Positions 20,883 to 29,584 of a stretch of DNA of 32,000 bases are shown here, in pieces. The stretch is from Desulfotalea psychrophila LSv54 (GTDB lineage: Bacteria > Desulfobacterota > Desulfobulbia > Desulfobulbales > Desulfocapsaceae). The stretch is from the NCBI RefSeq assembly GCF_000025945.1, contig NC_006138.1, forward strand, positions 3,300,001 through 3,332,000, in the 5' to 3' direction. Each line of letters starts with the position of its first letter. Position 1 is the first letter of the stretch. The position numbers were made by a program, and so were the translations under genes. Below the pieces are notes generated by a model. The model saw only the letters and a list, made by a program, of their open reading frames with translations, was not told the DNA's origin and did not search any database.

Positions 20883-21854
20883 CTAACAATCACACTTTTC
20901 AGTATCACAACCACCAGTACCACAACCACAGCTGCTTGCAGCCTTCGGTGCGACCTTAGGAGCTACTGCCCCAGGGGCAGCCATTTGAATTGGAGCCACG
21001 GGTGGCACACGATTTTCAACGGCCTCAAGCACCTTGGTAAAGGCATCAACAGCAGGACTTTTTGCATCTGTAACCAGATAAGGAGCACCATCATCACCTG
21101 CGATAACAATACGCGGATCCATAGGGATACGACCAAGGAAGGGCAGGTCATACTCACGGGCCAAGGCCTCACCACCACCAGACTTAAAGATATCTACGAC
21201 AGCATTACATTCAGGACAAACAAAACCTGACATGTTCTCAACCATACCAATCACATCAAGCTTAACTACCTTACAGAAGTTAATCGATTTACGTACATCT
21301 GCAAGAGCCAGCTGTTGTGGAGTTGTTACCACAATAGCCTTCAGATTAGGGATGGTTTGAGCTACAGAAAGAGGTTCATCACCGGTACCCGGAGGAGCAT
21401 CAATGATAAGATAATCAAGTTCGCCCCAATCCATATCAGAAATAAATTGACGAATTGCCTGAATCTTCATTGGTCCACGCCAAATAATGGCCTCGTCACG
21501 ATCACGAAGCATATACTCAATAGAAACAACCTTCAGATTTTCATTGTAGTCAAGAGTGGCTACTAAATCATCGGGAGACTCAGGTGGTTCAAGACTTCCG
21601 GTCATATTCAACATGCGTACAACATCGGGTCCATGAATATCAACATCCATCAAACCAACCTTATGACCGCGATTAGCAAGCCCCAGGGCAAGGTTTACAG
21701 AAACAGTTGATTTACCAACACCGCCCTTACCGCTCATCACAATAATCTTGTTCTTGATCTTACCAAGAGATTTTGTAATTGCATTTTCCTGCTGAGCCAT
21801 CGCCGCCTGTTGGCTTTCTTGACTACTACAGGAACTTCCACATGATCCAGCCAT
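20883..21854 (-). CDS. mrp: Mrp/NBP35-family P-loop ATPase (ApbC-like Fe-S carrier)
   Basis: KNKIIVMSGKGGVGKSTVSVNLALGLANRGHKVGLMDVDIHGPDVVRM; LDYLIIDAPPGTGDEPLS; ENMSGFVCPECN. The start ATG at 21854 has an upstream GGAGGA; the track's 22004 start is probably too long. Confidence 0.93.
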   Translation of the reverse strand: MAGSCGSSCSSQESQQAAMAQQENAITKSLGKIKNKIIVMSGKGGVGKSTVSVNLALGLANRGHKVGLMDVDIHGPDVVRMLNMTGSLEPPESPDDLVATLDYNENLKVVSIEYMLRDRDEAIIWRGPMKIQAIRQFISDMDWGELDYLIIDAPPGTGDEPLSVAQTIPNLKAIVVTTPQQLALADVRKSINFCKVVKLDVIGMVENMSGFVCPECNAVVDIFKSGGGEALAREYDLPFLGRIPMDPRIVIAGDDGAPYLVTDAKSPAVDAFTKVLEAVENRVPPVAPIQMAAPGAVAPKVAPKAASSCGCGTGGCDTEKCDC

Positions 21855-22277
21855 TGTACTTCCTCCTATAATTTGTGATAACTCACTTAGGTAAAGACAT
21901 ATAAAAAGTGAAAACAATTCTACTTGAAAATAGAAGATTCTCATCTCTGAAATATCTGCTATAATCGCACAACAATAAGAAATAAAGACACGCAAAGCAG
22001 ACACTAAAGTAATCTTGTTAACAGGAAAAGCAAATAGTTTAATGCCCCAAACTTATTTCTATCATATTGTCTCTTTAGCACAGGTAAATAGATGCTAAAA
22101 AACAAAGAGAAAGAAGTTCTGAACAAAGCACCTTTTTACTTTTGCATAGAAGGCAGAGCAGGTATTCTTTTGATTGATTTCTTACTGTTTCATTCGTAAG
22201 GTAACCTCTCACAAAACTTTTACAATTCATTATAGGCTCATAGCGACAGATTGCCGCAATACCACAGGAAGGATAAT

Positions 22278-23663
22278 ATGCTCGGTTGGTTCAAAAAAAA
22301 GTTCTCAAAGAAAACAGACACAGCTCCTAAAAAAGAAGAAGCTGTTCTGCCACCGATAGAGGTGGAAGAGGTAGAGCAAGTCGTCAATGCCCCAAGAGAG
22401 GTAGTGGCTACAGGCAAGGAGAGGAAAGAGCCCAGCGAAATAGAGGCAGTAATCGAGCCAGAGGAACCACCCACTGCGACAGCGATTGAGACAGCACCCG
22501 CGCCATTGGCTCAAGAGGATATCTCCGCCCCACCTCTTGCCCCTGAAGAGGTTAGCAAAAAAGAGAAGGTCATCGCGCTCAAACCAATAACTGAAATGGC
22601 TGCCGCTCCGGCACCAGCCAAGGCAGAGCCGAAGGCAGAGCCGAAGCCAGAACAGGCTACAGAAGCTGAGAAAAGTTCACCGCCCGCACCTCCTGCCCTT
22701 ATAGAAAAAAAACCCAGCAAAGAGGAAAAGAAACCCTCTCTGTTTAAAAAGCTCAGTGCCCGGCTGGCCAAATCCCGTGAGGCCTTTACCTATCAGCTTG
22801 ACAGTCTTTTTCTCGGAAAAAAAGAGATCGACACCAACCTCCTCGACGACCTCGAAGAGCTTCTCATCATGGCTGATCTTGGCGTTTCCACCACGGATGA
22901 GATACTGGAATTTGCCCGTCGCAAGGCTAAGAGAAAGGAACTCTCCGACCCTGCCGCCCTGAAGGAGGCCATTAAAACAAAAATTGCCTCCTTCATAGAA
23001 GAAGCCCAGGAAGATGCAGAGCTGGTCATGCCGGAATCAGGCCCATTTATCATCATGGTGATTGGAGTTAACGGGGTTGGCAAGACAACAACAATTGGTA
23101 AGATCGCAAAGAAATTTGTCAATTCAGGAAACTCTGTTATGCTCGTTGCCGCAGACACCTTTCGAGCAGCAGCCGTCTCTCAATTGAAAATTTGGGGCGA
23201 GCGCAACGAGGTCCCAGTCTTCTCCCGCCAAGAGGGGGCTGACCCATCCTCTGTAGCCTACGACGCCATAGCCAAGGCCGTGGCTGAAGAGTATGACGTT
23301 GTCCTGATCGATACAGCCGGTCGCCTTCACACCCAGACCAACCTTATGGAAGAGTTAAAGAAAATCAAAAGGGTTATTGGTAAAAATTGTGCCGGTGCCC
23401 CCCACGAAATTATGTTGGTAATAGATGCCACCACCGGACAAAATGGTATCTCCCAGGCAAAACTCTTCAACGATGCCGTCGGCATAACCGGTATAACCCT
23501 GACCAAACTTGATGGCACTGCCAAGGGCGGCATTGTCGCCAATATATCACGGGAGCTGGATACACCTATCCGCTTTATCGGTATTGGTGAACAGATAGAT
23601 GACCTCCGTGATTTTGACCACAACGAATTTATCGAGGCTCTTTTTCAAACAAGAGACAACTAA
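22278..23663 (+). CDS. ftsY: Signal recognition particle receptor FtsY with acidic N-terminal extension
   Basis: MLGWFKKKFSKKTD...; IGVNGVGKTTTIGKIAKKFVNSG; LVAADTFRAAAVSQLKIW; DTAGRLHTQTNLMEELKKI; LTKLDGTAKGG; YIGIGEQ-like FIGIGEQIDDLRDF. ATG at 22278 has a GGAAGGA Shine-Dalgarno. Confidence 0.96.
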   Translation: MLGWFKKKFSKKTDTAPKKEEAVLPPIEVEEVEQVVNAPREVVATGKERKEPSEIEAVIEPEEPPTATAIETAPAPLAQEDISAPPLAPEEVSKKEKVIALKPITEMAAAPAPAKAEPKAEPKPEQATEAEKSSPPAPPALIEKKPSKEEKKPSLFKKLSARLAKSREAFTYQLDSLFLGKKEIDTNLLDDLEELLIMADLGVSTTDEILEFARRKAKRKELSDPAALKEAIKTKIASFIEEAQEDAELVMPESGPFIIMVIGVNGVGKTTTIGKIAKKFVNSGNSVMLVAADTFRAAAVSQLKIWGERNEVPVFSRQEGADPSSVAYDAIAKAVAEEYDVVLIDTAGRLHTQTNLMEELKKIKRVIGKNCAGAPHEIMLVIDATTGQNGISQAKLFNDAVGITGITLTKLDGTAKGGIVANISRELDTPIRFIGIGEQIDDLRDFDHNEFIEALFQTRDN

Positions 23664-23672
23664 TAGAGGCGG

Positions 23673-23697
23673 ACGGTGAGAGAGGAACTCTCACCGT
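23673..23697. terminator. Hairpin downstream of ftsY
   Basis: ACGGTGAGAG-AGGAA-CTCTCACCGT, a 10-bp perfect stem with a 5-nt loop, starting 10 nt after the ftsY stop. Confidence 0.45.
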
Positions 23698-23725
23698 ACC
23701 TACCCCCATCTCCTATAGGTTCCTT

Positions 23726-24547
23726 ATGAAATACCAACAACAACAACAGCCAGGTTGCGGTGGATGTTTTATCATCCTTCTTTTACTGATGCTTATCCCG
23801 GGAGGAGCCTCCTTTCTCGGCTCCATTTTTTCCTTTGCCCTCACGACAATTGTCCTTATCGTTGCCATTCTATGGGGCTTTTCCTTTTGGATGAGACGCA
23901 AAATTGTCGATTACGAACAGTCACAGACGGAGAGCCATAATCGTTTCGTCTGGCTCCTCACCCATATACTGGTCCATATCGCCAAAATCGATGGTGTTCT
24001 CACCAAAGAAGAGGTCCTGACCATCCAACGCTTCTTCCAGGACAGTCTGCGCTATAACCAAACCCAGATGCGCTGGGTGAAAGAACTGATCAAGGAAGCA
24101 TCCTCTTCAAACAATAGCCTTGAGTCCCTCTTACAGGAATTCAAGACATCCTTTGCCTATGAGCCCAGGCTTATTCTTCTAGAGCTTGTCTATCAGGTAA
24201 TGTACAGCAATAGCCATGTACCCGATAACGAGTTACAGATAGCCAGAAATATTGCGAAATACCTTGATATCTCAGACTATGACCAACGGACTATGGAGGC
24301 AAAATATCGCTACCAAAGCCAGCATCCAACAGGAGGAGGAGGAGGCAACCAGGAGGCACAGTTCAGAACCGTGTTGGGTGTTGACGCAGGAGCAGAATTT
24401 GAAACCATAAGAAAGGCATATCGTAAACTCAGTATGCAGTATCACCCCGACAAGGTGGCACACCTCGGTGAGGAATTCAAAAAAGTTGCTGAAGAAAAGA
24501 TGAAGGAGATTAACGCCGCCTACGATTACTTCAAGAAGAGACAGTAA
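23726..24547 (+). CDS. DjlA/TerB-like protein: N-terminal membrane segment, TerB-like region, C-terminal J-domain
   Basis: Hydrophobic N-terminus (FIILLLLMLIPGG), IAKIDGVLTKEEVLTIQRFF, and a J-domain FRTVLGVDAGAEFETIRKAYRKLSMQYHPDKVAHLG...EINAAYDYFKK. Confidence 0.82.
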   Translation: MKYQQQQQPGCGGCFIILLLLMLIPGGASFLGSIFSFALTTIVLIVAILWGFSFWMRRKIVDYEQSQTESHNRFVWLLTHILVHIAKIDGVLTKEEVLTIQRFFQDSLRYNQTQMRWVKELIKEASSSNNSLESLLQEFKTSFAYEPRLILLELVYQVMYSNSHVPDNELQIARNIAKYLDISDYDQRTMEAKYRYQSQHPTGGGGGNQEAQFRTVLGVDAGAEFETIRKAYRKLSMQYHPDKVAHLGEEFKKVAEEKMKEINAAYDYFKKRQ

Positions 24548-24574
24548 ATACAGGCCGTTTTTTTCATAGAATGG

Positions 24575-24609
24575 CAGGCCTGGAAGATGACAGTTTCCAG
24601 GCCTGTTTT
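24575..24609 (+). terminator. Rho-independent terminator candidate
   Basis: CAGGCCTGGAA-(9 nt)-TTCCAGGCCTG-TTTT, an 11-bp stem followed by T's, starting 27 nt after the J-domain gene stop. Confidence 0.75.
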
Positions 24610-24790
24610 ACGTTAGGGATAGCTTGAAGACTTGAACCTTTCGATAAAGATCTAGGCATAATAAAAAATGAGCACCGAAAGCATGGGTAAGAGCCTAGGC
24701 TTACCTGCGAGGACACTTTTTTTATTAGACTGAGATTTGCAGAGAGGAGTTTTTTTCAGGATCCCCTCAAATCAAGAGCAGGAGTAGAGA

Positions 24791-25978
24791 ATGGCCATAT
24801 CAAGTAAGATGAAGATCTTTGCGGAAAAATCTTCCTGGATTCGCAAGATGTTTGAGCAGGGCGGTAAGATGAAGGCTGAATTTGGCGCTGAAAACGTCTT
24901 TGACTTCAGCCTCGGTAATCCCGATGCACCTCCCCCTGCCCAGTTTGATCAAGTCCTCGCCAAAATTGCAGCCGACAATGGCCCTGGCACCCACTCCTAT
25001 ATGCCCAATGGCGGCCACCTCTGGGTACGCGAAGCTGTGGCAGGCCAAATGGCCAAGGAACAGGGAGTGAAGGTTGTCGCATCTGATATGCTTCTGAGCT
25101 GCGGGGCTGCCGGTGGCATCAACGTCATCATGAAGTCCCTGCTCAATCCAGGTGATGAGGTAATCTTTCTTGCCCCATACTTTGTTGAGTACGATTTCTA
25201 TGTGGATAATCACGGTGGCAAAAGCAGGGTTGTCCAGACCGACGAGAACTTCAATCCCGATATGGCTGCCATCCGAGAGGCCATCAGCGAAAAGACCAAG
25301 GCGATCATTATAAACTCGCCCAACAACCCTACTGGACAGATTTACAGCAAAGAGATTCTGGCAGAACTGGGCCTCCTCCTCACCGAGATGGGAGAGAAAT
25401 TTGGGAGCACCATCTACCTTATCTCCGATGAGCCCTATCGCAAGATCACCTATGACGGCATCGAAGTACCTAGCATCTTTGCCGCATACAGCAACAGCAT
25501 CATCGTCTCCTCCTACTCAAAAGATCTCTCCCTACCAGGAGAGAGAATTGGCTATGTGGCCGTTCACCCCGGGATTAGCGAAAAAGCGGAACTGGTCAGC
25601 GCCATGACTCTGGCCAACAGAATACTCGGTTTTGTCAACGCCCCCGCACTTATGCAGAGGGTTATTGCTGAACTTCAAGGTATTTCCGTGGACAATGAGA
25701 GGTATGCGAGAAGAAGAGAGGCCTTTTGTCAGATCCTCACCGAGGCGGGTTTTGATTTCGTCCCACCCAAGGGAGCCTTTTACATCTTTCCAAAATCACC
25801 CATCGAAGATGATGTGGCATTCTGTGCAATTCTACAGGAAGAGAAGATACTTGCCGTACCAGGCCGTGGATTTGGCGCCCCAGGCTATATTCGCCTTGCC
25901 TTCTGCGTGCCCGATGAAACCATCGCAGGTTCTGCTGCGGCCTTCAAACGTGCTTACCAAAAGGCACTGAAGGCGTAG
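24791..25978 (+). CDS. Pyridoxal-phosphate-dependent aminotransferase, class I/II (aspartate aminotransferase-like)
   Basis: VFDFSLGNPDAPPP; INSPNNPTGQIYSKE; ISDEPYRKITYDG; SYSKDLSLPGERIGYVAVHP; GYIRLAFC. Confidence 0.9.
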   Translation: MAISSKMKIFAEKSSWIRKMFEQGGKMKAEFGAENVFDFSLGNPDAPPPAQFDQVLAKIAADNGPGTHSYMPNGGHLWVREAVAGQMAKEQGVKVVASDMLLSCGAAGGINVIMKSLLNPGDEVIFLAPYFVEYDFYVDNHGGKSRVVQTDENFNPDMAAIREAISEKTKAIIINSPNNPTGQIYSKEILAELGLLLTEMGEKFGSTIYLISDEPYRKITYDGIEVPSIFAAYSNSIIVSSYSKDLSLPGERIGYVAVHPGISEKAELVSAMTLANRILGFVNAPALMQRVIAELQGISVDNERYARRREAFCQILTEAGFDFVPPKGAFYIFPKSPIEDDVAFCAILQEEKILAVPGRGFGAPGYIRLAFCVPDETIAGSAAAFKRAYQKALKA

Positions 25979-26007
25979 TCCAACGCCCATCAGGCAGACA
26001 CAAAAAA

Positions 26008-26043
26008 ACCCAAAACGGTATCAGAAAAGATACTGTTTTGGGT
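26008..26043. terminator. Terminator between the convergent aminotransferase gene and der, possibly bidirectional
   Basis: ACCCAAAACGGTATC-AGAAAA-GATACTGTTTTGGGT, a 15-bp stem with one G-T pair, flanked by an A-run (26002-26008) that reads as a U-tract in the der direction. Confidence 0.8.
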
Positions 26044-26068
26044 CTCTACTACTTAGGCTCCCTACTCT

Positions 26069-27409
26069 CTAAACGCGCTGGCCAGACTTATCCTTAAAGA
26101 TAAGCTGAATAGGCACCTTATCGAGGCCAAGCCCCTCTCGGTACCTGTTGGACAGAAATCGTTGATAAGAAAAATGGACGCCCTTACTTGAGTTCGACAT
26201 AATAACAAACTTAGGCGGACAGGTTCCAATCTGCGAAGAGTAGTAGAACTTCAAGCGCTTGTTCTTATAGATCGGTGGCGCATGTACAGTTACAGCCTCG
26301 CGAAGCAGTCTGTTGATCGTCGAGGTAGAGAATTGAGCACTGTACTGACGGTAGACAGAACCGATAACCGGAAAGAGTCTCTTGATCCCGAAACCACTCA
26401 GGGCTGATACGGTTAAAAGCGGGGCAAAACCAATAAAGGGAAGCTGACGTCCAACCTCTGCGAGCACCTCATCCTGGCGTTTCTTATCCCCTTCAAGCAG
26501 ATCCCACTTATTGACCAAAATAATGAGACCACGACCCTGATCCAGGGCATAACCAATAACCTTGGTATCCTGCTCGGTAATACCCTCGTCGGCATCGATA
26601 AGGATAACTGCAACATCACAACGTTCCAGAGCGCCCAGAGACTTAAGGATACTAAATTTCTCCAGTTTTTCCGTGGTCTTTCCCTTACGTCTGATTCCCG
26701 CAGTATCAATAAGGAGATAACTGTAGTTGCCATGGGTAAGCAGGGTATCAACGGAGTCCCGGGTTGTTCCTGAAATTTCAGAAACAATCATCCGATCCTC
26801 ACCGAGAATGCGGTTAATCATCGATGATTTACCGACATTGGGACGACCGAAAAAGGCAACCTTAACGGTGCCATCGGGAAGATCCTGGCTCATGGTGCTT
26901 GCCTCAATGGTCTCACTAAGAGCATCCATTAAGGTGTTAAAGCCAAAGGTGTGATCAGCTGACAGGGACCAGAGTGTTTCTACACCCAGTTCATAAAATG
27001 GGCAGAGAAGCTCAAGCTCTTTCTCCGGGCCATCTATCTTATTTATCACATGATAAACAGGTTTCTTGGCCCGACGAAGAATATCCACCACCTCATAATC
27101 TGCAGGGGTCAGACCTTCACGACCATCCATCAAAAAGAGGACAATATCAGCCTCTTCGATAGCAGCAAGGGCCTGATCGCGGATATGGGGTACCAACACA
27201 TCTTCCGGATTATCATCAATTCCACCGGTATCGACCAGTATCATGGCCCGATTATTCCATACAACCCGCTCATATTGGCGATCCCTCGTTACTCCAGGAG
27301 TTGGATCAACAAGGGCATTTCTTGATTTTGTTATTCTATTGAAGAGGGTGGATTTACCGACATTAGGTCGACCAACCAAAGCAACAATAGGACATGAACT
27401 ATTTGACAT
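26069..27409 (-). CDS. der: Ribosome biogenesis GTPase Der (EngA)
   Basis: Two G domains: VALVGRPNVGKSTLFNRITKSRNALVDPTPGVTRDRQYE and VAFFGRPNVGKSSMINRILGEDRMIVSEISGTTRDSVDT; NKWDLLEGDKK; C-terminal KH-like region. Confidence 0.97.
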   Translation of the reverse strand: MSNSSCPIVALVGRPNVGKSTLFNRITKSRNALVDPTPGVTRDRQYERVVWNNRAMILVDTGGIDDNPEDVLVPHIRDQALAAIEEADIVLFLMDGREGLTPADYEVVDILRRAKKPVYHVINKIDGPEKELELLCPFYELGVETLWSLSADHTFGFNTLMDALSETIEASTMSQDLPDGTVKVAFFGRPNVGKSSMINRILGEDRMIVSEISGTTRDSVDTLLTHGNYSYLLIDTAGIRRKGKTTEKLEKFSILKSLGALERCDVAVILIDADEGITEQDTKVIGYALDQGRGLIILVNKWDLLEGDKKRQDEVLAEVGRQLPFIGFAPLLTVSALSGFGIKRLFPVIGSVYRQYSAQFSTSTINRLLREAVTVHAPPIYKNKRLKFYYSSQIGTCPPKFVIMSNSSKGVHFSYQRFLSNRYREGLGLDKVPIQLIFKDKSGQRV

Positions 27410-27636
27410 ATTTTCCTTTTGCCTCTACGTTATTTCATGCGGATAAACGAAAGCAAGCCCTCCGCGAATGAAATACATCATGGCAAGCGCGTTTTCCCTT
27501 TCAAAAATTAGGGCTCTATTTACCCGATACAAAGCAATTTTGCACCAACTATACTTTGATCACAGAAAGTAATGCCGATCGGATAAAGAGCAATGCTTAC
27601 CTCCGAGAAAAGCATCTTTCGTTTTTTTCAGAGCCT

Positions 27637-28644
27637 TTATCTATATAGACTTAGGCCCCTGCGAACTGTCTGTCTCAGCACCCTATAATTTTGGTAGTAA
27701 GGGGCTGAAAGTATTTTCTCCAAATTGAGCAGAGATGGTCTGATAAATTGGACAAAAAATGTCTTCTTTGCCACCGCTGACAACCAGGAAAAGGCCCCTA
27801 TTATCTGTAGACTACGCTGACAGGCAAGGAGACTGTACTGCTTGGCAAAGTCCTCTCGGCTAATATCTATCTGCGCACCCAGAGCAGCAAGGTAGTCCTC
27901 CCAGAGCAGGGCACGAAAATCTTCGTCCAGATCAACATAGGGATCATAGAGAAGAGAGGCCAGATCATAGCCTAATGGGCCCCGGCGTCCTCCCTGAAAA
28001 TCAATAATAGAGGGCCTACCGGCATGGATCATAATATTTCGCGACTGAAAATCGCGATGGAGAAAAAAGTCGGTGGAGTATAATGAAACAGCATCAGCAA
28101 GGGAGGAGAACTCCTCTGCAAGACCAATGGGCACCTCCTGACCGAGCAGACCCTGCCAAAATGCCCGCAAAAAATAACCGGACTCTCGCTCCAGCATCAG
28201 GCTCCTGTCATAGCAGGGACTATCCCAACACCAACTGCTGTCAATGCCTCGTGCCCTACAGTTCATGCCGGCAAGGGCACGAACAAGCTGGCGATAAAGC
28301 TGTCGTCCCTCTTCTGTATGGGCCACATCCTGCAGGCGAGTATTACCAAGGTCCTGAAAGAGCAAGCCTCCAGAAGCCTCATCCCAACCGTATATCGCGG
28401 GAACGGGAGTACCACAGGCCAGAAGATAACCTCCTATATGGTAGGCAGCACGAGATTCAGCCCTATCCTTTGCCTCCTCTCCAGCCGGCAAGACGGCAAT
28501 GAGGGTCTCGCCACCACTGGCTAATCGATAAAAACGCCGTGAAGATCCATCTCCTGCCAGCTGATTCTCCTGCAAAGGGATAAAATCCTCTCTGCCAGCC
28601 TTCTGCAGTAACTCAGTCACCACAGCCCTATCTTTTTCTTGCAT
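27637..28644 (-). CDS. AmgK-like sugar kinase of the aminoglycoside phosphotransferase fold (candidate N-acetylmuramate/GlcNAc anomeric kinase)
   Basis: FFLHRDFQSRNIMIHAGRPSIIDFQGGRRGPLGYDLASLLYDPYVDL resembles the AmgK catalytic motifs. Overlaps the upstream nucleotidyltransferase stop as TGATG. Confidence 0.75.
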   Translation of the reverse strand: MQEKDRAVVTELLQKAGREDFIPLQENQLAGDGSSRRFYRLASGGETLIAVLPAGEEAKDRAESRAAYHIGGYLLACGTPVPAIYGWDEASGGLLFQDLGNTRLQDVAHTEEGRQLYRQLVRALAGMNCRARGIDSSWCWDSPCYDRSLMLERESGYFLRAFWQGLLGQEVPIGLAEEFSSLADAVSLYSTDFFLHRDFQSRNIMIHAGRPSIIDFQGGRRGPLGYDLASLLYDPYVDLDEDFRALLWEDYLAALGAQIDISREDFAKQYSLLACQRSLQIIGAFSWLSAVAKKTFFVQFIRPSLLNLEKILSAPYYQNYRVLRQTVRRGLSLYR

Positions 28645-29537
28645 CAGATAACCTCTCCGCCAAGACTCATCTCAGATGTCACAATGGTATCCCTATAGGA
28701 ACAGCCTTCCAGAAGTTCCGCCCCGGGCCAGACCACGGAACGGGCCAAGCGACAGGCTCCTTTTACCCGGACAGAGTCCGGCAAATAGGCCCAATCGGTC
28801 ACCTCCACACCTTCAGGGGGCACCGAGCTTAATTGAACAGCAGGCAAAAGCTCGGCAAGCACCGGCACCCGAGAGGACAACAAACCCGCATGCAGATCGA
28901 GATAGTCGGCAAGAGTACCCATATCCGCCCAATAAGACTCATCCATTCGGTAGGATGAAATCCTCCCACCACCTGCCAAGAGCCTTTTGTAGCGATCTAT
29001 AATACAGGAAAAGCTCTCCTCCTCTATATCCCTTAAAACCCAGGGATCGAGAACATGCAAACCAGAAAAAGCTGCATTTTTCAGTGACCCGGCACCAAAG
29101 CCCACCACCTCTTCTCCCAGCACCCCAACCCCGTTAAAACGAGGGCAATCATGCATGGCCATGGTTACGGGCAGGCACGCCCGTAAATGTGCATCATACA
29201 GGCTCCGATAGTCCAGGTTGTGATAGATATCACTGTTTGTCACCAGCAAAGGCGCATCGTCCAGACAGCTCAGGGCCCTGCGCAAACCACCGCCAGTGCC
29301 AAGAATCGTCTCCTCTTCCTGAATAATAAGGCCATCAATCCCCTGCACAGCCTGGACAATCTGCTCCCGCAGATGATGACAGTTGACAATAATTTTTCTA
29401 AATCCCGCATGCTGCAATCGCCTAATGGTCAAAATCAACAGGGGCGTATCCAAAATGGGAAAAAGAGGTTTAGGCCGTATTGCTGTAAAGGGTAGAAGAC
29501 GAGTACCAAAACCCGCCGCCAAAATCATTGCCTGCAT
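28644..29537 (-). CDS. Nucleotidyltransferase (candidate MurU-like N-acetylmuramate-1-phosphate uridylyltransferase)
   Basis: MQAMILAAGFGTRLLPFTAIRPKPLFPILDTPLLILTIRRL; EEETILGTGGGLRRAL; LVTNSDIYHNLD. Start taken at 29537 (MQAMILAAG). Confidence 0.78.
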   Translation of the reverse strand: MQAMILAAGFGTRLLPFTAIRPKPLFPILDTPLLILTIRRLQHAGFRKIIVNCHHLREQIVQAVQGIDGLIIQEEETILGTGGGLRRALSCLDDAPLLVTNSDIYHNLDYRSLYDAHLRACLPVTMAMHDCPRFNGVGVLGEEVVGFGAGSLKNAAFSGLHVLDPWVLRDIEEESFSCIIDRYKRLLAGGGRISSYRMDESYWADMGTLADYLDLHAGLLSSRVPVLAELLPAVQLSSVPPEGVEVTDWAYLPDSVRVKGACRLARSVVWPGAELLEGCSYRDTIVTSEMSLGGEVI

Positions 29538-29584
29538 ATCAACCTCTTCCTGAAACTTCAAGGACGCATGCCCCTGATAGGATA

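Noticed and set aside
21855-22004. 50-aa N-terminal extension of the Mrp-like protein given by the ORF track
   Set aside because: The internal ATG at 21854 has an excellent GGAGGA ribosome-binding site and begins the Cys-containing N-terminus; the extension reads as translated 5' leader.
24610-24790. Possible riboswitch upstream of the aminotransferase (GGTAAGAGCCTAGGCTTACC-like stem)
   Set aside because: Only a short bulged stem is visible and I could not match it to any known riboswitch consensus. A covariance-model (Rfam) scan would be needed.
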